The notes: generated from the letters alone by a model not told the origin. 64,000 nt of DNA from a virus (IMGVR_UViG_3300001765_000297); one strand, 5' to 3'; counted from the stretch's first letter, positions 16,558-25,367 are shown. A program made the numbers and translations.

Positions 16558-16923
16558 ATGAGAGATAGCTGGTTAACTCCAAATGGAGAAGTAATTGAGG
16601 TTGGAAATTTTCAACACAATAGATATGCACAGAATCTTCTGGAAGAAGAATTGGGGTTTATGGGAATGATGGAATATATGGATAAAGAAAATATATCCTC
16701 TCCTTACGAAGTTCTACATAAACGAGGATGGGTACGTATTAAATATAATACCTCATATTTGCCTAGAATTGAAATACTTGGTGGCTGTATCGATTTAACA
16801 AAACAAGCTAAAAATACGATAGACCCGGCAATGAATGAAAAACAATTGAAGGTAGCTAAAAAGCTATGCGAAGATTGTAATACAGAATTTCATGTAGCTA
16901 TTAATGATAAGCGTTTCTGGTAA
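16558..16923 (+). CDS. hypothetical protein
   Basis: ORF with promoter. Confidence 0.5.
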   Translation: MRDSWLTPNGEVIEVGNFQHNRYAQNLLEEELGFMGMMEYMDKENISSPYEVLHKRGWVRIKYNTSYLPRIEILGGCIDLTKQAKNTIDPAMNEKQLKVAKKLCEDCNTEFHVAINDKRFW

Positions 16924-16939
16924 ATTAAATCAAATTAAT

Positions 16940-16969
16940 TGTAACCCTACCACCGGTAATTCCGTATAA
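16940..16969 (+). promoter_or_regulatory. phage promoter TGTAAC-N17-CGTATAA driving ORF-free transcript
   Basis: motif. Confidence 0.55.
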
Positions 16970-16975
16970 CATACA

Positions 16976-17075
16976 TACGAACCACCTAAACGTAACTGGA
17001 ACTTACCAGAGACCGAGTAGACTCCACCCTACGCAATATTCTGCTTATTCAGAATCTTTCTAAATAGCAATATTT
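16976..17075 (+). ncRNA. candidate small RNA, family copy 3 (hairpin CTGG-aactta-CCAG, motif GAGTAGACTCCACCCTACG 17015-17033, hairpin ATTCTG-cttatt-CAGAAT)
   Basis: promoter-driven, no ORF. Confidence 0.3.
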
Positions 17076-17104
17076 TGTAACCTTGTTTCCCGGAATTCGT
17101 ATCA
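17076..17104 (+). promoter_or_regulatory. phage promoter TGTAAC-N16-CGTATCA (tandem with 17189)
   Basis: motif. Confidence 0.45.
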
Positions 17105-17188
17105 TGGGTAAATTTAACAGGCTCGGTAATACACCTTATTATATATACAACATTCGTTTTTGGCAATTCAAAAATAGTTAAGTATATT

Positions 17189-17217
17189 TGTAACAAACCC
17201 TGAAACATTTCGTATAA
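17189..17217 (+). promoter_or_regulatory. phage promoter TGTAAC-N16-CGTATAA for rIIA
   Basis: motif. Confidence 0.55.
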
Positions 17218-17251
17218 GCATCATAATTTAACCACATAAAAATTCAAGACT

Positions 17252-19543
17252 ATGGAAATCAATTTAAAGAAATTAAGTGACCAAGCAATTGAAGGCACAA
17301 CTGGCTCAAACAAAATGAGACTATCAGAGGACAGCGCATCAATGGTATTCCAGATGTTCACTAAGAGCATTTACAGTAATCCAATTGGTACGGTTGTAAG
17401 AGAAATAACCTCTAACTGCTTTGACAGCCACATTGAGGCAAAGGTGAATTCACCGGTAATAATTCGTAAGAACATCGACAAAGACACTGGAAACCTTTCC
17501 ATTTCATTTATTGACTTTGGTGTCGGTATGTCTCCTGACAGGGTAAACAATATCTATGGCGTTTACTTCGCAAGTACTAAACGAGTAGACAATACTCAAA
17601 TTGGTGGCTTTGGTATTGGCGGCAAAACTCCATTGGCTTATAAAAGGTCAACAGGTCATGGACAAGGCGAATACGATAACAGCTTCAACCTTATTACAAA
17701 CCATGATGGTATGAAATACTTCTACCTGATATATGAAGGTCCTGAAAGTCCTGTTATCTCCCTGTTACATAGTGAACCTACTACTGACCGTAATGGAACA
17801 GAAGTACGCATCCCTGTATTACCAAATGATGTTTCGAAATTCGAGAACGAAATGGTAAGACAATTGTATTACTTCGAGAATGTTATCTTTGATGGCTTCG
17901 ACAAAGAAAGTCTTACCAACAATTACCAAATCATCAGAGCAAAGTCTTTCTTGTTCAGAGGAAACGAGTACAGCAGCTATGCTCACGTATGCTTAGGCAG
18001 GGTTGCATATCCAATTGATTACAGCGTATTGGGATTGTCCAGTGGCGATTACAGCTTCCCTATTGCCCTGCGTTTGGAAATCGGAGACATTAATGTAACT
18101 GCAAACCGTGAAGCACTGGATTACAGCGAGAACACTATCAAAGTACTTAAAAAACAACTCGAAGCTGCTAAGAAAGAGATTACAGAACGTCTTGTAAAAC
18201 AGTACGATAACATTGTTACCTTGGAGGATTACTTTAAGGCTAAGAATAAATTCGGTACACTATTCTTTGAGAATGGCAAGACTATTAACTGCAAAGACAT
18301 CATCAAAATGAAAGATGTTGACTTTTCAAACTTCAAATTCAGTTTCACAAAGATGCCGGATGATGTTCAATTGTTTAACTTCTTCTTCAATGTACGTCTT
18401 GTAGGTAAGAAGTTTGGAAAATACAACCGCAGATATGGTAGTAGTAGTGGACAGTTTAAAGGCGGGTATGATGAATTGCTTGGTGCAAAGAACCTTTACT
18501 TTCACGAAGGATTGTTTGAACGTAAGATTGTAAAACAGGCATGGTTGAAAACCAAACATGAAAGGTATTATGTTATCAGTCGCAAGAATTTACTCGGTAA
18601 TAATGTACAGACTATGGTAGATGTTGCAGAACTGTTCAATGTACACGATACTATTAGTGCCGTAGATGCCAATGGTAATGTACAGCCAACCAAGTATATG
18701 CAGAGTCTTTTAGAAATGCAGGATGAATATTTTGGATTGGTTGAAGATAATTGTATTGACTATAACAGTCTTGAAGTACCTGCTGACTTTATTGAAAGTC
18801 GTAGGGTTGAGAAACTAAGTACTGAAATCCGTAACACTACAATCCCTGCAAAGGTAATGGGTAGCTATCGCACAAGGATTAAACTTGATACAATGTTCAA
18901 ACTCAATATACCTATCTTCTACGGAACAAAGGAAGATGAAGCTAAATTGGAAACCGGATATACTGTTTACCGTATGCTCTTTGGTGATGCTCTAACAGTT
19001 AGAAGCTATGATGAATACCGTCATGAATTCAAATTGAATGATAAGAAAGGTGTGGTATTCATTTTGATTGCACAGAACAACATTAAGTACATGGAGTACT
19101 GCAAGAATGCAAATCATATCAGCACCCTGTATTGGAAGATGTTGCACAGGAAAGCCAAGAAGGTTATGAATTACTATCAGGCACAAAGCCTTGTAACGAA
19201 ATTCAACGAGATAAATTCATTGTACAGGGCATCTGAATTTAAAAACATCTGTCCTACATGGGCAAAGAAAATCCAGACACTCAACATCTTGATGACAGGT
19301 TATGCCAAATCGCCTTTCGAATATAATGGTGGAAGCAATTCAAAATACTATTGTTCATTGTACTTTCCAGTTAATAATGTTGAATTGACAGGTGAACAGC
19401 AAAAAATGAACGTGCTAATTGATGAAGTAAAAGAAATGGAAGTACTGAATGCAGAGGTAATGCAACACATTCAACATCCAAGTTATTTCAGTCTTGCAAA
19501 ACCAAGTTACTGGAACCTGCTTAGAAGCATAATGGTCTACTAA
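17252..19543 (+). CDS. rIIA: rIIA-like protein with N-terminal GHKL (HATPase_c) ATPase domain
   Basis: VVREITSNCFDSH / FIDFGVGMS / GGFGIGGKTP parallel T4 rIIA VVRELITNMIDAH / FGPGMS / GGFGLGSKSP; size 763 aa. Confidence 0.75.
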   Translation: MEINLKKLSDQAIEGTTGSNKMRLSEDSASMVFQMFTKSIYSNPIGTVVREITSNCFDSHIEAKVNSPVIIRKNIDKDTGNLSISFIDFGVGMSPDRVNNIYGVYFASTKRVDNTQIGGFGIGGKTPLAYKRSTGHGQGEYDNSFNLITNHDGMKYFYLIYEGPESPVISLLHSEPTTDRNGTEVRIPVLPNDVSKFENEMVRQLYYFENVIFDGFDKESLTNNYQIIRAKSFLFRGNEYSSYAHVCLGRVAYPIDYSVLGLSSGDYSFPIALRLEIGDINVTANREALDYSENTIKVLKKQLEAAKKEITERLVKQYDNIVTLEDYFKAKNKFGTLFFENGKTINCKDIIKMKDVDFSNFKFSFTKMPDDVQLFNFFFNVRLVGKKFGKYNRRYGSSSGQFKGGYDELLGAKNLYFHEGLFERKIVKQAWLKTKHERYYVISRKNLLGNNVQTMVDVAELFNVHDTISAVDANGNVQPTKYMQSLLEMQDEYFGLVEDNCIDYNSLEVPADFIESRRVEKLSTEIRNTTIPAKVMGSYRTRIKLDTMFKLNIPIFYGTKEDEAKLETGYTVYRMLFGDALTVRSYDEYRHEFKLNDKKGVVFILIAQNNIKYMEYCKNANHISTLYWKMLHRKAKKVMNYYQAQSLVTKFNEINSLYRASEFKNICPTWAKKIQTLNILMTGYAKSPFEYNGGSNSKYYCSLYFPVNNVELTGEQQKMNVLIDEVKEMEVLNAEVMQHIQHPSYFSLAKPSYWNLLRSIMVY

Positions 19544-19554
19544 AACTAATGTAA

Positions 19555-19612
19555 TGCGGGGATTAATTTCCCTGCATTATTTTGTAACATAAACATTAAA
19601 TTATTCGTATCA
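19555..19612 (+). promoter_or_regulatory. terminator TGCGGGGA..TCCCTGCA then promoter TGTAAC(19583-19588)-N17-CGTATCA
   Basis: hairpin + motif. Confidence 0.5.
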
Positions 19613-19646
19613 TTGTAGTACATAAAACTTAATTAAATCAATCATT

Positions 19647-20810
19647 ATGAAAAACATTCAGACAATTAAAATCGGAAACACCGTTAATATAAGTATTGAT
19701 GGTAAATTACATCAGAAGAATTGTGGCAGTCCAGAAGAAGCACGAGAACTTTATGGTATCGTTCTCCGGGCAAAATCTGACCCAAGTGATGCCAATTTGA
19801 AAGCTATTCGAATGTATCTCAACGAGAAAATCAGGGTAGCATTCCTGACCGGTCTTGAAAGTGATGTTGAAACCGGAGAAGTATTCATTGCCGGATTTAA
19901 CACTCCAATTCCCACAACCCTTGTTGAGGTTCTGAAAGAATACCATGAGAACCAATACCCTGTCGATGCAGTTATTAACTTCTGGAAGCTGCTTATGCTA
20001 AACCCTGATAAGAGGGTAAGAACTTCGGCTTTCGACTTCATTCATACCCATGACTTCGTTCTGACTGATACAGGGTATATGGTAGTCTACAAGGCAGTTG
20101 CATATAAAGAACAGGTAGATAATGACCTTTTGGAATTCGTTACCAATCAGTATCTTCACGTGAAGAAAGACTGGAAATGCAGTGCCAACAAGTATGTTGT
20201 TTATCGTGATGAAGATGGTAATTTAGCTTTAACAAAAGCAGTTACAGCAGATGGCTGGGATGATGATAAAGATGTTGAAATCCTTGGCAAACTCGGAGAC
20301 CTGAATGCAAGTCTTGATAAACTTGCTGAAACATCATCAACTGTTTATACCGACAAACACAGCCATACTATGGAAATTCGTCTTGGTGTGCCTGTTGTAA
20401 TGCCTCGCAAAGATTGCGATAGCGACCCTGCAATTGATTGCTCATACGGACTTCATGTTGGTGCAACCAATTACGTGAAACGCTTCGGTTCAAATGGTGA
20501 TGCTGTATTGGTTTGCCTTGTTAACCCTGCTCACATTGTTGCTGTACCGGATTACGACCATAGCAAAATGAGGGTTGCAGAATACTTCCCGATTGCTAAG
20601 GCAACCTATACCAATGGCGAAATCGACATCATTGAACAGGCGTACTTCGAATCTGATTACAGAACCTACGAAGATAAGGACTTGGAGAAGATGTTGGCTA
20701 AAATCAAAAAACAGGAAAAGCCAATTGAGAAAGCAATCAATGCCGAGGAAGAAGAACGACCAATGTCCGAACTCCTAAAGATTATTGAAAGTAGAATGAT
20801 TGATATCTAA
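19647..20810 (+). CDS. rIIB: rIIB-like protein
   Basis: CSYGLHVGATNYVKRFGSNGDAVLVCLVNPAHIVAVPDYDHSKMRVAEY parallels T4 rIIB CSRGLHVCSKSYIRHFGSSTDRVVKVKVHPRDVVSIPIDYNDAKMRTCQY; follows rIIA. Confidence 0.75.
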   Translation: MKNIQTIKIGNTVNISIDGKLHQKNCGSPEEARELYGIVLRAKSDPSDANLKAIRMYLNEKIRVAFLTGLESDVETGEVFIAGFNTPIPTTLVEVLKEYHENQYPVDAVINFWKLLMLNPDKRVRTSAFDFIHTHDFVLTDTGYMVVYKAVAYKEQVDNDLLEFVTNQYLHVKKDWKCSANKYVVYRDEDGNLALTKAVTADGWDDDKDVEILGKLGDLNASLDKLAETSSTVYTDKHSHTMEIRLGVPVVMPRKDCDSDPAIDCSYGLHVGATNYVKRFGSNGDAVLVCLVNPAHIVAVPDYDHSKMRVAEYFPIAKATYTNGEIDIIEQAYFESDYRTYEDKDLEKMLAKIKKQEKPIEKAINAEEEERPMSELLKIIESRMIDI

Positions 20811-20821
20811 TGTACATCAAT

Positions 20822-20852
20822 GCCCTGCATAGAAATATGCAGGGTTTATTCT
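20822..20852 (+). terminator. hairpin CCCTGCATA-gaaa-TATGCAGGG + T-rich
   Basis: 9-bp stem. Confidence 0.5.
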
Positions 20853-20884
20853 TAACATCAAATACTAAACCTAAATTTAAAGCA

Positions 20885-21232
20885 ATGAAAAGAATGTATG
20901 CTAGTGATTATCGCAGAGAATACAAAGACCAAGTTAACAAATTGGAGAAACTCGATACCCAGATAAGAGAAAGACTGTTGCAGCTCAGTACTGAATACCC
21001 GGAAGCACCAATCGCTAAACAGGCATTCACAACCAGGAATTCAACTGATGACCGTATTGATATCAAAGCCAGTAGCCTTAATAAATCATATGTTAGTGAT
21101 TGTACTATCGAAGTATGTCTCGTCTATATCCAAGCAATTGAAGCTTACGTAGCGGGACAACATCCTCACAAACAATTGGATTTATTCGATAAGACACGTG
21201 AAGATAGTCAACTTAGAAATAACAGATTGTAA
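20885..21232 (+). CDS. hypothetical protein (start trimmed out of terminator)
   Basis: ORF; first ATG after hairpin. Confidence 0.4.
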   Translation: MKRMYASDYRREYKDQVNKLEKLDTQIRERLLQLSTEYPEAPIAKQAFTTRNSTDDRIDIKASSLNKSYVSDCTIEVCLVYIQAIEAYVAGQHPHKQLDLFDKTREDSQLRNNRL

Positions 21233-21242
21233 ATCATAAGCA

Positions 21243-21440
21243 ATGTACAAGATATCCCAGAATAATAGAAAGTATACCACTACGCCAATCGTAGAAGAAA
21301 TATTATTACCTAACGGCAAGACAGAAGAACGTTTCATCTGTGTCGTCAGTCTTCCTAAGAAGGAAGGTGACAAACTCTCACAGGCAATCGTAGCATTGCT
21401 TAATCAATACCCAGAAGTAGTTAACCTAATAACAAAATAA
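21243..21440 (+). CDS. hypothetical protein
   Basis: ORF in promoter-less operon. Confidence 0.45.
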   Translation: MYKISQNNRKYTTTPIVEEILLPNGKTEERFICVVSLPKKEGDKLSQAIVALLNQYPEVVNLITK

Positions 21441-21442
21441 CC

Positions 21443-21937
21443 ATGAACTTCATAGCAAAAAGATTTAATAAAAAAATGTCCAAGCTATTCATAAGACTTG
21501 CCTGGACTTGCGTTATTGCGTTCTTTATCTTTGTGATAGGTATCGCCACCGGTATCATTGATAGAAGTATCTTCATCAATAACCGTGTACTAGTGGGTGT
21601 TATGTTTATTTTCCCATTTCTATTTGGATGTATATTCGCAATACTCTCCTTAAGTTTTGGTCAGAACAGAAGCATCTATCTGGCACGCATTAAAGAATAT
21701 CGACAGCTTAAAGCATTTAGAGATATTATGGATAAAATCTATTTTAAAGACTTTGAAGCTGCGGTGAATATCTATAATAATCGTTTGAAGAAAGGTTACC
21801 GAAAAGACTTTATGTTTGGTTATTTACTTGGCACAACCTTATCATCTACTAACCCAGAAAGAGTTGAGAAAGCATCTACACGCCTCAAGGCAATTTATGA
21901 CTCGGCTAACCCAGCTAATATCGATATGAACAAATAA
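21443..21937 (+). CDS. membrane protein (2 predicted TM helices)
   Basis: hydrophobic stretches LAWTCVIAFFIFVIGIATGII / VLVGVMFIFPFLFGCIFAIL. Confidence 0.5.
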   Translation: MNFIAKRFNKKMSKLFIRLAWTCVIAFFIFVIGIATGIIDRSIFINNRVLVGVMFIFPFLFGCIFAILSLSFGQNRSIYLARIKEYRQLKAFRDIMDKIYFKDFEAAVNIYNNRLKKGYRKDFMFGYLLGTTLSSTNPERVEKASTRLKAIYDSANPANIDMNK

Positions 21938-21974
21938 GAATATTAATTCCCGCTAATTTAAATCTATAATATAT

Positions 21975-22292
21975 ATGGAAACCCTTAAAAAGTTATTCAA
22001 AGTACTTGCCTGGTTCATTGTAATCATTTTCTTAATGACGCTAGCATTCAGTAGTGCAGCTTATTTCATGAGTGGCAATGATAAAGAAGTCTTCATCAAT
22101 ATCCTGCAGAGAATACCTGTAGATAGGTTCTGGATATTCCCCCTTGTATTGTTATGCCTTTCTTTATACCTAATAGCATTTGCATTAAAGAAAATGTACG
22201 CTGCGGGTTACGGTGAAGATAAAGTAGTTGACCATAAGAAGGTCGAGGAAATTAAGAAGCTGGTAATGCAGGGATATCTCAATAAAAAATAA
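21975..22292 (+). CDS. membrane protein (2 TM)
   Basis: hydrophobic stretches. Confidence 0.5.
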   Translation: METLKKLFKVLAWFIVIIFLMTLAFSSAAYFMSGNDKEVFINILQRIPVDRFWIFPLVLLCLSLYLIAFALKKMYAAGYGEDKVVDHKKVEEIKKLVMQGYLNKK

Positions 22293-22327
22293 ATTTGGAA
22301 ATCTAAACCAATTATAATACATTTGTT

Positions 22328-22792
22328 ATGATGGAAACTAAATCTAATATTAATTATATCAAAGGAGACGCTACGTCCCCTGTAGGACCTGGTACTAAAA
22401 TCATTGTACATGTTTGCAATAATGTTGGAGCATGGGGTGCAGGTTTTACCGGAGCATTGTCCAAGAAATGGAAAGACCCTGAAGCAGTATACCGTTCTAT
22501 CAATGTACAGGATTTAAAACTAGGAAGTTCCACTCTAGTGGGCGTTGAAGACGACATATGGGTTGCTAACATGATTGGACAGGAAGGAACTATAGGAATG
22601 TCCGAGCGTCCACCAATAAGATATACTGCAGTACGCCAGGCATTACTAAATATTAATACTGTTGCCCATAGAACTAATGCAAGCATTCATATGCCTAGAA
22701 TAGGCTGTGGATTAGCTGGCGGGAAGTGGGAAGAGATTCAAAAAATAATTGAGGACGTAGTGTCCGTGGATGTTTATGTATACGACTTATGA
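22328..22792 (+). CDS. macrodomain (ADP-ribose binding/hydrolase) protein
   Basis: IVHVCNNVGAWGAGFTGAL ~ IVNAANxxLxGGGGVdgAI; IHMPRIGCGLAGG ~ IAFPaIStGiyGyP. Confidence 0.6.
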   Translation: MMETKSNINYIKGDATSPVGPGTKIIVHVCNNVGAWGAGFTGALSKKWKDPEAVYRSINVQDLKLGSSTLVGVEDDIWVANMIGQEGTIGMSERPPIRYTAVRQALLNINTVAHRTNASIHMPRIGCGLAGGKWEEIQKIIEDVVSVDVYVYDL

Positions 22793-23046
22793 GCAGAAAA
22801 ACAATTTACCAAGACTCTAGACTTACCTATGTATCAGGTGTCGACCATATGCTGGGACCATTCATGCAACTCTATGATAAAGACCTAGAAAAAGAAACCA
22901 CAGAAGGTGAAGGTCTGATAATGGATTGGTCATTGCAATGGGGTTATGAAATCAATTTCACCGGTGAATCCTCGGAACTACCACCCGCTAAGATTGCAAG
23001 GAATTACATAAAAGAACATGGTGAAAAAGACATAGATAAGCAATGA
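22789..23046 (+). CDS. hypothetical protein
   Basis: ORF, ATGA overlap both sides. Confidence 0.45.
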   Translation: MSRKTIYQDSRLTYVSGVDHMLGPFMQLYDKDLEKETTEGEGLIMDWSLQWGYEINFTGESSELPPAKIARNYIKEHGEKDIDKQ

Positions 23047-23936
23047 ATGTACTGAGTTTATTTGATGGTATCTCTACCGGAAGACTGGCTTTAGATAAAG
23101 CTGGAATACATGTTGATAATTACTATGCATCGGAAGTCGATAAATATTGTACGGGAGTTTCTAAATATAACTACCCAACCATTGTACAACTTGGTGGCGT
23201 TGAGAATGTCCGAGCAGCTGAACTACCCAAAATAGATTTACTAATAGGTGGAAGTCCCTGCACAGGATTCTCTAGTTCCGGCAAAGGACTTAACTTCAAT
23301 GACCCCCAAAGTAAATTGTTCTTCGAGTTCGTTAGAATATTAAATGAATGCAAACCCACTTATTTTCTTTTCGAGAATGTCCGCATGAAAAAAGAATGGC
23401 AGGACATCATAAGCAGCTACCTCAATGTACAACCTATTGAAATAGATTCTCAACTATTGTCCGCTCAACGCAGAAGACGAATGTACTGGACAAATATAAA
23501 TAATATTGTACAACCTATTGATAAAAATATTACCTTTGGGAATGTACGTGAGCATAATGTCCAGAAACATTATTATACTCCCAAGGCACTGCAGTGGTTT
23601 AGTAAACAACATGTAATCACCGGTAAGCCTTTGAGAATCTGGATAGATAATTTTAAAACTCAGACCATCGAATCAAATATGTATAGAAAATATGGTAGAC
23701 AAAATTTCTTCGGCATTCAAGATACTCAGGGACTTAGATTCGTTACACCCAGAGAATGTGAAAGACTGCAAACCCTGCCGGATGATTATACATTATTTAT
23801 GAATGATGCTAATAAAGAAAATATTAGAATAAGTGATACCCAACGCTATAAAATGATTGGAAACGCCTGGACGCTAGATGTGATAATACATATACTGAAA
23901 CATCTGCCAAGCATAAAAATAATTCAGTGCCCCTAA
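23043..23936 (+). CDS. DNA (cytosine-5)-methyltransferase
   Basis: motifs I LSLFDGISTG, IV GGSPCTGFS, VI FLFENV, VIII QRRRRMYW, X MIGNAWTLDVI. Confidence 0.85.
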   Translation: MNVLSLFDGISTGRLALDKAGIHVDNYYASEVDKYCTGVSKYNYPTIVQLGGVENVRAAELPKIDLLIGGSPCTGFSSSGKGLNFNDPQSKLFFEFVRILNECKPTYFLFENVRMKKEWQDIISSYLNVQPIEIDSQLLSAQRRRRMYWTNINNIVQPIDKNITFGNVREHNVQKHYYTPKALQWFSKQHVITGKPLRIWIDNFKTQTIESNMYRKYGRQNFFGIQDTQGLRFVTPRECERLQTLPDDYTLFMNDANKENIRISDTQRYKMIGNAWTLDVIIHILKHLPSIKIIQCP

Positions 23937-23952
23937 AAACCCTTTAACTACC

Positions 23953-24360
23953 ATGAATGAATTTATTAAAGTTGAGTTTAATCTCCCTGATTATACCGAT
24001 GAACTTAAACGTGCTGAAAATGCAATCGATAACGTTAAATCAGTATATGAAAAATTAGTCAAGCGTAAAAATATAAACGCTGAAGTTCACGAAAAACTCT
24101 ATGAGAGATTAGTTAGAATCCTAGACCTACTAGGAAAAATAAGTACACCTACCTTTGAAATAGAAGACCAATTAGAAGAACTATATTTTAAACATTATTT
24201 CCACCAACCCAACTTAGCTAAACAACTGTGGCTAGAACATTATGAAAGTCTCCACCGTCCCTATAGCCAACTGAAAAATAAATGCTTTCGATTGCTAGAC
24301 CTACTCGATGAAGAATACATAACCATTCATAAAACCTTTCCACCTAACTGGAATTATTAA
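23953..24360 (+). CDS. hypothetical protein
   Basis: ORF, last gene of plus block. Confidence 0.5.
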   Translation: MNEFIKVEFNLPDYTDELKRAENAIDNVKSVYEKLVKRKNINAEVHEKLYERLVRILDLLGKISTPTFEIEDQLEELYFKHYFHQPNLAKQLWLEHYESLHRPYSQLKNKCFRLLDLLDEEYITIHKTFPPNWNY

Positions 24361-24387
24361 AACTTTTTATTGGCGACTCTAAACTGT

Positions 24388-24431
24388 CCCTCCACTAGAA
24401 ACCCTCTGACATTTGCCGGAGGGTTTTTTTA
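24388..24431 (+). terminator. intrinsic terminator AAACCCTC..GAGGGTTT (outer CCCTCC/GGAGGG) + T7
   Basis: hairpin + TTTTTTT at end of plus-strand block. Confidence 0.65.
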
Positions 24432-24522
24432 TGCCCAATAATTTATAATTTTTTATAAAATAACTTTTCTAGAAATTTTTTGAGGGCAGAACCTCTATGT
24501 GTCGGACATACAAAATTGATTA

Positions 24523-24564
24523 ATTTCCCCCATTTTCCCCCACGATGTCCCATTTATCCCCACC
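24523..24564. repeat. C-rich short tandem motifs TTTCCCCCA x2, TCCCATTT, TCCCCACC in convergent intergenic zone
   Basis: seen directly; unusual for AT-rich genome. Confidence 0.5.
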
Positions 24565-24727
24565 AATTTATGTACACATTTATTTATCAGCGTGTAACAT
24601 ATTGATAATCAGGCATCCCTGGGAATTATAAAATATAGTAATAAACAGTATAAAATACTAAAGCAGGTACAGTAAAACCGAGTTATGGTACATATAAAAC
24701 TGAGAATATGTTGTAAGTCTTTGAGTA

Positions 24728-25039
24728 TTAGAAAGTAATAGGGTTTTTTAATTCACCAACATAGGAACAAAATCTACCAAATAAGAAAAATAAATGATTA
24801 TTCCATACATGGTGATAAGCAATTTCTAATCCACCAACCTCGAAAGGTTTCCATGACTTTTCAATATCAAGTAAAATCCACCCTAATACAATACTACCCA
24901 CTTCTTTATTGGCAATCATATAATCAAATGCTTCTTCTGCACTATCAAATTCATTCCATTGATTAAGGTCTGCCGATTTATTTAATTCTGAAACCTGTAC
25001 TTCTTTTCCCGAATAAAAATCAATTACTTTGTGTGCCAT
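24728..25039 (-). CDS. hypothetical protein
   Basis: ORF. Confidence 0.5.
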   Translation of the reverse strand: MAHKVIDFYSGKEVQVSELNKSADLNQWNEFDSAEEAFDYMIANKEVGSIVLGWILLDIEKSWKPFEVGGLEIAYHHVWNNHLFFLFGRFCSYVGELKNPITF

Positions 25040-25049
25040 TTTTTATATA

Positions 25050-25313
25050 TTAGAGTTTCTCACGTTTCTTATACATATTCTCGGCTTTGTCAATCATCTG
25101 TATTAACTGAACCAAATTATCCCGGCTTAAAGTCAGATATGAATAACTATGGGTATTGAGTTCAACACAATTGTCGTTGTTAAACTTACAGGCAATACCA
25201 TCGGTTTCTGCATCAATTATAGTAGTACATATCGTACCTTCTTCATCCGTTACCAATTTACCATTGGAAGGATAAATCTTCTCTAGAAACTTATCTATTG
25301 CATTCTTTGCCAT
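25050..25313 (-). CDS. hypothetical protein
   Basis: ORF with minus-strand promoter 25338-25366. Confidence 0.5.
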   Translation of the reverse strand: MAKNAIDKFLEKIYPSNGKLVTDEEGTICTTIIDAETDGIACKFNNDNCVELNTHSYSYLTLSRDNLVQLIQMIDKAENMYKKREKL

Positions 25314-25337
25314 CGTGTTTATTCTTTAGTGTAATGA

Positions 25338-25366
25338 TTATACGAAGAATAACTATAAAGGTTACA
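25338..25366 (-). promoter_or_regulatory. phage promoter (minus strand; seen as TTATACG-N16-GTTACA on plus)
   Basis: motif. Confidence 0.5.
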
Positions 25367-25367
25367 A

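Noticed and set aside
20810-20884. N-terminal 25 aa of ORF 20810..21232
   Set aside because: Start codon lies inside the terminator hairpin 20822-20852. Trimmed to the first ATG after it (20885).
895-24360. Minus-strand ORFs nested in plus genes (e.g. 1507, 2163, 4599, 5584, 9624, 10394, 11750, 13062, 14027, 15153, 18326, 19751, 22354)
   Set aside because: Antisense to promoter-supported genes. No minus-type promoter motifs nearby.
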